This document shows positions 61,101 through 64,000 of a stretch of 64,000 nucleotides of DNA, piece after piece. The stretch's first letter is position 1; each line of letters opens with the position of its first letter. Below the pieces are notes generated by a model. The model was not told the DNA's origin, ran no database searches, and saw nothing but the letters and a program-made list of their open reading frames with translations. A program made the translations under genes and the position numbers. The DNA is from Okamejei kenojei (taxonomy: Eukaryota), in the NCBI GenBank assembly GCA_035221665.1, contig CM069159.1:36208001-36272000 (forward strand). Direction: 5' to 3'.

Positions 61101-63364
61101 ATGCTGGCTCAACCTACAAAGCCAATAACCTTTTAATGTACGAAAAACTCCCCTGTCGACCTGCGGATAGATATTCTTATTTTTGATATACAAAACATTG
61201 TTCTTTTGAAAGTTACTGCAAAATCAGCTTTCCCTACCAATCAGCATGTTCTGATCATCATAAAATTATTATCCTCAGGTTGTTTGTTCCTTTGCAAAAA
61301 AAATTGATTTTAAATCTCGCCTGGTTACCAGTCCTTTTATTTCAAGATGATGCTGGTGCTTCACTTTCAGCATCTTTGTTAAATGTCTGCCATCTCCTCA
61401 GAAGAACAATCAGTGACCTTTAATTTTCAGTACTATATCAATGGTCACCAAACAAATGAGAAGCAATTGCTGCAATCAGTCCAGATCTGGAAGAAGTGGG
61501 TGGAATCGATACTTATCTTCCATCCCAGCATCTTGCCAACAGAATTTAGTTGTTCTTGTCATTTAACTGAATTAATGGAAGATCCCTGCAGTTAATTCTG
61601 TTAAAACACCAGTTACCTACTTTTCACCCTTACGCCCAGTTCTGAGACCACCGCGACATTGAGCATTTCTGTTGCCTGCAGCAGGCATTTTTCTCTGGTA
61701 AGGAGTCCTTGCCACCCAGTGATGATCCTTTCTTTCATCTCCAACACTTTGCTGCCTGAGTTAGTGCATATTTTGTGTTTTCTTTTGTCTCGCGTATTTT
61801 GGGTGTTCCCAGGCAAATACCAATTCTGACCAACAGTTGACAGAATATTTTGGTCAGTTCATTTAAACCTGGGTAGCATCTTGTGGAAGTTTTGAAAGTG
61901 TCAAAGAGAGGAATGTTTGCGATTCCAATTAATGGCAATGTTAATTAAGTGAAGTATGAAGACATAAAATGCTTGTTTTCTTGGTAAGGCTCAGACAGAA
62001 GTCGAGAGGAGAGCCCTGATATCGACCCTCCACCAGATGTCGAAGACAACAGGCAGTGCGTACTTTGCCTGAAGTATGGTGATGACAACAAAAACGTGAG
62101 TATCTGCAACCAATTTAAATTTAACAGTATTTCATATGAGTTATCGCAAAGAATATCTTTAGATGACACTAACTTACTATTGGGACACAGAGATTCCAGT
62201 GGTATTGTAAACCTAGAATTCAAGTATTGACATAGCTGAACTTTCCAGGATTCTGGGCGTCTTCTGTACATCGGTCAGAATGAATGGACACACATAAACT
62301 GTGCCTTGTGGTCAGCGGAAGTCTTTGAGGATGATGATGGCTCATTGAAGAATGTGCACATGGCTGTGATCAGAGGCAAACAACTGGTGAGCTATTATTG
62401 GTTTATTGTACTGAGATACAGTGGAAAAACTTTGCTTTGCCTGCTATCCAGCCAAATCTTAGCATATAGGAGTACAATCAACAGGTAGCACTAAAAGAGA
62501 AAGGAACCCAAAGGTGCACCTCAGCACCAATCCCCAAAAATAAAGGGTCAAGGACTTTGATGTTCTCTCATTGATCTGTAAAGAGGACTGCTCAGACATA
62601 TAAACAGTACAACTCTGAGAGGATAAAAATAGACACAAAGTGCTGGAGTAACTCAGGTAGCGGGACAGGTAGCATCACTGGAGAAAATGGATAGGTGACA
62701 TTTTGGGTCAGGACCCTTCTTCAGACTTGAAGAAATTCTTTATATTTCACTGCATATACTTTATGTCCACAAAGGGAGTTTTTAAAACATTTATGCTAGT
62801 GATTTTCCTTGTCATCCTTTCCAATCTGTAGGGTGCGATGTAATAGATTAGTTACTAATTACATTATAATGATAGAGACAAGAAAATGAACAGTAAATAA
62901 CAAAAACATTTTTTTGAAATAAGTCTTGAGCAATGAAGTATAAATCTCCTAAGAAGAGAACAATTACTATCTGGGATCTTATTAATCTAGATTACTAATC
63001 ATTCTCTACATATGCTGTACAGATAAATCACTCATGGGGAACCAGTTCAAAGGAGCAACATTTGTCTCTGACGGTGATTTCATACCATTGCCCCAGAGTC
63101 AAACTTTAGCAAGCTATTTCATCACAAATGACAGTCCAAAGTTTCCAATTATGCAGCATAGATCTGATGTTTAATAGCCAATGTCAATTCATCCTTTTGT
63201 TTCAGCGTTGTGAACGTTGTCAGAAATCCGGGGCTACTGTTGGCTGCTGCCTTACATCTTGCCAGAGCAACTATCACTTCATGTGTGCTCGAGCAAAGAA
63301 CTGTGTCTTCCTGGATGACAAGAAAGTATATTGTCAGCGACATAAAGATCTGGTCAAGGGAGAG
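16045..63364 (+). CDS. KMT2A: KMT2A/MLL1 histone-lysine N-methyltransferase 2A, partial multi-exon gene (exons 2-22; exon 1 upstream, FYRN/FYRC/SET exons downstream of window)
   Basis: Spliced translation gives diagnostic MLL1 segments in the right order: DEQFLGF, KRGRPP AT-hooks, RKSILREPTFKWTSL, GPRIKHVCRRAAVALGRKRAVFPDDMPTLSALPWEEREKIL, CXXC, PHD1-3, bromodomain, ePHD4. Exon phases join up across all GT-AG introns, apart from two frameshifts within exon 3. Confidence 0.98.
16960..17910 (-). mobile_element. Degenerate Rex1/Babar-L2 type LINE with nested CR1 3' end (17527-17692, +)
   Basis: Minus strand KKAHQRFSFLR, TKKLVVDFRK; nested segment ttcaagagagagctagatagggct...gaagggccgaatggcctactcctgc. 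Confidence 0.75.
18485..19380 (-). mobile_element. CR1 LINE 3' fragment (~900 bp, degraded)
   Basis: Reverse CR1 tail (ggcctttcggcccacaat) and RT C-terminal motifs (CVQF, CEVLHFG). Confidence 0.8.
21515..24170 (+). CDS. KMT2A: KMT2A exon 3 (AT-hooks, SNL regions); two apparent +1 frameshifts near 22040 and 23667
   Basis: Acceptor tttatag|TT, donor TCTCAG|gtatgt. MLL1 homology runs through ORF 21694-22128, then ORF 21974-23722, then ORF 23364-24437, ending ...KAKAQLCKIEKNKSLKIANPTKSQ. Confidence 0.93.
24178..24495. mobile_element. Fold-back (inverted dimer) of Penelope-type repeat
   Basis: Arm 24183-24303 is the reverse complement of arm 24363-24494; ~60-nt spacer. Confidence 0.82.
25250..26160 (-). 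mobile_element. Degraded CR1 fragments
   Basis: Reverse CR1 tail at ~25260; minus ORF 25988-26182 has KEQVLEILK..KVNKSPGQD. Confidence 0.65.
26907..27084 (+). CDS. KMT2A: KMT2A exon 4
   Basis: atatag|GGT CAA GAG AGT: GQESDSSETSIPGPRIKHVCRRAAVALGRKRAVFPDDMPTLSALPWEEREKILSSMGND; donor G|gtaagc; 178 nt. Confidence 0.97.
27615..27890 (-). mobile_element. CR1 LINE 3' fragment
   Basis: atggaaacagtcccttcggcc...ccatgctgacc...ccctatacccaccaccctctg. Confidence 0.75.
28566..30040 (+). mobile_element. Tc1/mariner DNA transposon (IR/DR type) with inactivated transposase (~28941-29945); right TIR truncated
   Basis: TA|CAGTG start; ~225-bp left TIR with two direct repeats ccataatgtttgggaca; GRPSKT, WTDETK, VKHGGGNVMAW, QQDNDPKH, SPDLNPIEH (DD34E type) with stops and frameshifts; inner right TIR 29974-30040. 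Confidence 0.95.
30200..30425 (+). CDS. KMT2A: KMT2A exon 5 (CXXC zinc finger)
   Basis: tcttgcag|AT; RRCGQCPGCQVPDDCGQCTNCLDKPKFGGRNVKKQCCK; donor AA|gtgagt. Confidence 0.97.
30500..30955 (-). mobile_element. CR1 LINE 3' fragment
   Basis: Minus ORF 30640-30996: GLTYDEHLSALGLYS...GDLIKTYRILKG...TRGHSLRIKGR...FSQRVVNL. Confidence 0.9.
31105..32017 (+). mobile_element. Young 5'-truncated CR1 LINE (ORF2 C-terminus largely intact)
   Basis: ORF 31102-31926: LQDDLDRLGEW, KCEVIHFG, HLEYCVQFWSP, FFTQRVVNLWNSLP; (tttctatg)2 tail. Confidence 0.95.
32900..33490 (+). mobile_element. Degraded CR1 fragment
   Basis: LYNTLVRPH-like motif and ETLNRRGHRFKVRG. Confidence 0.7.
33543..33640 (+). mobile_element. 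Penelope-type short terminal-repeat element
   Basis: aagaagggtctcgacccaaaacgtcacctattccttttctccagagatgctgcctgtcccgctgaattactccagc. Confidence 0.78.
33680..34560 (+). mobile_element. Highly degraded CR1 RT region
   Basis: ANATPSFKKG, VDMLHLD..AIDKV, WMEDWL motifs. Confidence 0.6.
34953..35017 (+). CDS. KMT2A: KMT2A exon 6 (end of CXXC)
   Basis: Branch-point-like cactaac, catgcag|A ATG CGG AAA TGT CAG AAT CTT CAA TGG = MRKCQNLQWMPSK; donor G|gtgagt; 65 nt. Confidence 0.96.
35275..35637 (+). CDS. KMT2A: KMT2A exon 7
   Basis: ttctcag|TG; VKKKEKKTK...KKKQPPQTES; donor G|gtaatc; phase 1 to phase 1. Confidence 0.92.
37177..37253 (+). CDS. KMT2A: KMT2A exon 8
   Basis: tttccccag|CA; ALELNKQKKPPARFNIQLKTKKPKEK; donor AAG|gtgaga; phases fit neighbours. 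Confidence 0.9.
40322..40655 (-). mobile_element. CR1 LINE 3' fragment
   Basis: Minus ORF 40322-40624 with RVASARNELPG..V and CR1 tail; similar to 15570-15920. Confidence 0.82.
42773..42901 (+). CDS. KMT2A: KMT2A exon 9
   Basis: tttttag|GAC; ...DGVHRIRVDFK; donor AAG|gtagaa. Confidence 0.95.
43870..43983 (+). CDS. KMT2A: KMT2A exon 10 (start of PHD1)
   Basis: EDCEVENVWELGGLSILTSVPITPRVVCFLCASSGHVE; tttttag|GAG ... GAG|gtatgg; 114 nt. Confidence 0.97.
44925..45071 (+). CDS. KMT2A: KMT2A exon 11 (PHD1/PHD2)
   Basis: FIYCQVCCEPFHLFCLEESERPLEEQWENWCCRRCKFCHVCCRQNKSSK; gcag|TTT ... AAG|gtaacg; 147 nt. Confidence 0.97.
45286..45400. mobile_element. Fold-back Penelope-type repeat (short hairpin)
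   Basis: agatagacataaaatgttggagtaactca ... tgagttactctcgcattttgtgtctatct. Confidence 0.78.
46270..46365 (+). CDS. KMT2A: KMT2A exon 12 (PHD2)
   Basis: QLLECGKCRNSYHPECLGPNYPTKPTKKKKVW; acag|CAG (NAGNAG) ... TGG|gtaaat; 96 nt. Confidence 0.96.
47057..47177 (+). CDS. KMT2A: KMT2A exon 13
   Basis: ICTKCVRCKSCGATTPGKGWEAQWSHDFSLCHECAKLFDK; ctgtag|ATA ... G|gtaagt; 121 nt. Confidence 0.97.
47425..47617. mobile_element. Fold-back Penelope-type repeat with internal hairpins
   Basis: aaaagacacaaagtgctggagtaactgcag ... ctgcagagttactccagcattttgtgtctttt; inner ggtga..tttcaggta/tacctgaaa..tcacc. Confidence 0.78.
48769..48882 (+). CDS. KMT2A: KMT2A exon 14 (PHD3)
   Basis: GNFCPLCDKCYDDDDYESKMMQCGKCDRWVHAKCESLS; tttttag|GA ... 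G|gtattt; 114 nt. Confidence 0.97.
49211..49423. mobile_element. Fold-back Penelope-type repeat with 12-bp target-site duplication
   Basis: ~85-bp inverted arms meeting at ttcag-tctctt-ctgaa; TGTCCCAATAAT at 49199-49210 and 49424-49435. Confidence 0.85.
50026..50210 (+). CDS. KMT2A: KMT2A exon 15 (PHD3 end, bromodomain start)
   Basis: DEMYEILSNLPESVAYTCINCTEQHPAEWRLALGKELQISLKQVLTALLNSRTTSHLLRYRQ; tccag|AT ... CAG|gtaagt. Confidence 0.97.
51925..52143 (+). mobile_element. Penelope-type 3' end/terminal repeat
   Basis: ctcccctgactctgtctgaagaaggatcatgacccaaaatgtcacc...gctgagttacttcagc...ccagcatctgcagttccttcc. Confidence 0.78.
52251..52421 (+). CDS. KMT2A: KMT2A exon 16 (bromodomain)
   Basis: AAKPPDLNPETEEAVSVRSSPEGPDPPVLTEV...PLDLEGVKRKMEQERYNSV; accag|GCT ... 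GTG|gtaagg. Confidence 0.96.
52614..52724 (+). CDS. KMT2A: KMT2A exon 17 (bromodomain)
   Basis: LEFSDDIVKIIQTAMNCDGGQPENKKANSMVKAFFIR; ttcag|CTC ... CGG|gtaaga; 111 nt. Confidence 0.97.
53893..54020 (+). mobile_element. Penelope-type repeat with short inverted 5' piece
   Basis: agagtaactca ... ccaaagatgctgcctaacctgctgagttactccaac...cagcatctgtagttcct. Confidence 0.7.
54299..54380 (-). mobile_element. Short CR1 3' end
   Basis: tagacaataggtgcaggagtaggccattcagcccttcgag...; attcaat repeated on both flanks. Confidence 0.8.
54797..55206 (-). mobile_element. Non-autonomous RTE-clade-like element (5' UTR joined to 3' end)
   Basis: GC/CpG-rich island in an AT-rich intron. Minus strand has ctcgtcagcctgggaaggcagtccatctaggagagggaaaactctga, which I recall as typical of RTE/AviRTE 5' UTRs, and ends ccatggtcagtcatgaccga...cctacta. 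No ORF. Confidence 0.6.
55896..56092. mobile_element. hAT (Charlie-like) MITE, right TIR truncated
   Basis: Begins CAGGGGTTCCCAACC; subterminal tttacccc repeats at both ends; right end stops at cccaggt. Confidence 0.65.
56097..56269 (+). mobile_element. Solo outer part of a Tc1 right TIR, same family as 28566-30040
   Basis: Reverse complement of 28566-~28731 (about 90% by eye), ending ttatggagggcacta|TA. Confidence 0.92.
56512..56585 (+). CDS. KMT2A: KMT2A exon 18
   Basis: QMERFFPWFSVKESKFWEPNKVTP; aatag|CAA ... AA|gtgagt; 74 nt. Confidence 0.96.
57170..57345 (+). mobile_element. CR1 3' fragment
   Basis: gcatttaagaagcatttggacag...ggcatcatggtcagcacag..atggtgggccaaaggg. Confidence 0.65.
58711..58907 (+). 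CDS. KMT2A: KMT2A exon 19 (HCF1-binding DHNY motif)
   Basis: SGMLPNAVLPPSSDHNYAQWQER...KKIIPAPQPKGPGDPDSPVPL; ttcag|T ... G|gtataa. Confidence 0.95.
60345..61130 (+). mobile_element. Old jockey-group (L2/CR1-like) LINE 3' part with a nested younger Rex1/Babar-type 3' end (~60610-60910)
   Basis: YKAQVRSVMEYSPLAW host; insert RDPSHPNHGLFALLPSEKRYRSLRSRTSRMRNSFY with ttgaa/ttgag tail. Confidence 0.75.
61989..62095 (+). CDS. KMT2A: KMT2A exon 20 (start of extended PHD4)
   Basis: SDRSREESPDIDPPPDVEDNRQCVLCLKYGDDNKN; donor AAC|gtgagt; acceptor taag|GC (an in-frame cag 6 nt downstream is an alternative). Confidence 0.92.
62249..62386 (+). CDS. KMT2A: KMT2A exon 21 (ePHD4)
   Basis: DSGRLLYIGQNEWTHINCALWSAEVFEDDDGSLKNVHMAVIRGKQL; ttccag|GAT ... 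CTG|gtgagc; 138 nt. Confidence 0.97.
62627..62727 (-). mobile_element. Penelope-type short terminal-repeat element
   Basis: Reverse strand gtctgaagaagggtcctgacccaaaatgtcacctatcc...tgagttactccagcactttgtgtcta. Confidence 0.78.
63206..63364 (+). CDS. KMT2A: KMT2A exon 22 (ePHD4)
   Basis: RCERCQKSGATVGCCLTSCQSNYHFMCARAKNCVFLDDKKVYCQRHKDLVKGE; ttcag|CGT ... GAG|gtaggt; 159 nt. Confidence 0.97.
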
Positions 63365-63824
63365 GTAGGTTCAAGGTATAAGCAATTTACCTCAATAATT
63401 CGGTCCATCAATGGAAGCATCTACTGGCAGTGCAAGTCCCAACGAATAGTATGATGGAGTAGGGCTGATAATGAATTGGGGCTGTAGAATAGTGTTTTTC
63501 CTCAATTTGTTAAAGGAAAAACCTTCTGAATGATTGAATTTGTTTCAACCAAGAAATTAATATAGCATTTAAGACAATTTTGCCATCAAGCTGGTGCTAT
63601 TGGATCTTTCATGAGAAACAAAAGTAGGTTCTACACCGCCTTATGAGATCATTTGATTCTCATAGTGCTCAGAGTATAGGATATTGGAAAAGGATGGAGA
63701 AGGGCTGTTGATGTTAGACATTCAGCTTTGATCGTATTTGATCTTGGTCTGAAGGGGTGATTATACATTCACGTATTTCCTTTGTTCTTATGGGCCATCG
63801 GTATCTTCATCAGACATTGCTCAT

Positions 63825-64000
63825 TGGCCAGCACTCTGGTCTGAGTCATGGTGTTGGGTTTGTCCCATTCAAACCTAACCATCAAGGTTGGTATTCCAGT
63901 ACGATACTGAGACCATGCTGCATTAGTAGAGATGTTACCTTTCAGATTAGTTATTAAATCCTCCCTCTCTGGAAGGCATTAAATATCCCTTGATCTGTTC
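63825..64000 (+). mobile_element. Ancient DeuSINE (SacSINE1/AmnSINE1-like), running off the window
   Basis: ccagtacgatactgag..atgctgcatt..agatgttacctttcagat..ttaaa resembles the Deu domain as recalled; degenerate. Confidence 0.55.

Noticed and set aside
4278-62727. Recurring ~100-bp partly palindromic repeats as a CRISPR-like array
   Set aside because: Dispersed, in both orientations, variable, with no regular spacers and no cas genes; explained as retroelement termini in a vertebrate intron.
16124-63205. Minor (U12) introns or intronic snoRNA/tRNA genes
   Set aside because: No RTATCCT donors; tRNA-like boxes belong to SINE heads; no convincing C/D or H/ACA structure found by eye.
16045-63364. 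Whole gene as a pseudogene
   Set aside because: 20 of 21 exons are intact with conserved zinc ligands and canonical splice sites; two homopolymer indels are better explained by sequencing error until shown otherwise.

Overview
Eukaryotic, AT-rich vertebrate genomic DNA. The repeat content (CR1, V-SINE/HE1-like, DeuSINE, abundant Penelope-type short repeats) suggests a cartilaginous fish, probably a skate or ray (inference). The whole window lies inside one + strand gene, KMT2A (MLL1 histone H3K4 methyltransferase). It starts in intron 1 and contains 21 coding exons, equivalent to human exons 2-22 (LEDGF-binding motif, AT-hooks, CXXC, PHD1-3, atypical bromodomain, extended PHD4). All introns read GT-AG with consistent phases. 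Introns are filled with LINE fragments (CR1, Rex1/Babar-L2 type, Penelope, RTE), SINEs, a degraded Tc1 transposon and a hAT-type MITE. Main oddities: (1) two +1 frameshifts in the giant exon 3, both at short homopolymers, plus an in-frame GT-AG exitron candidate that would skip both; (2) a Tc1 right inverted repeat broken at TTTCTA whose missing outer part appears 26 kb downstream starting at the same TTTCTA, bracketing exons 5-17; (3) a family of Penelope-derived short elements with a minimal hammerhead-ribozyme-like core, several as fold-back hairpins, one with a 12-bp target-site duplication; (4) a CpG-rich non-autonomous RTE-like element. No prokaryotic systems or CRISPR arrays were seen. 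Repeat boundaries are approximate, and comparisons with human KMT2A are from memory, not alignment.
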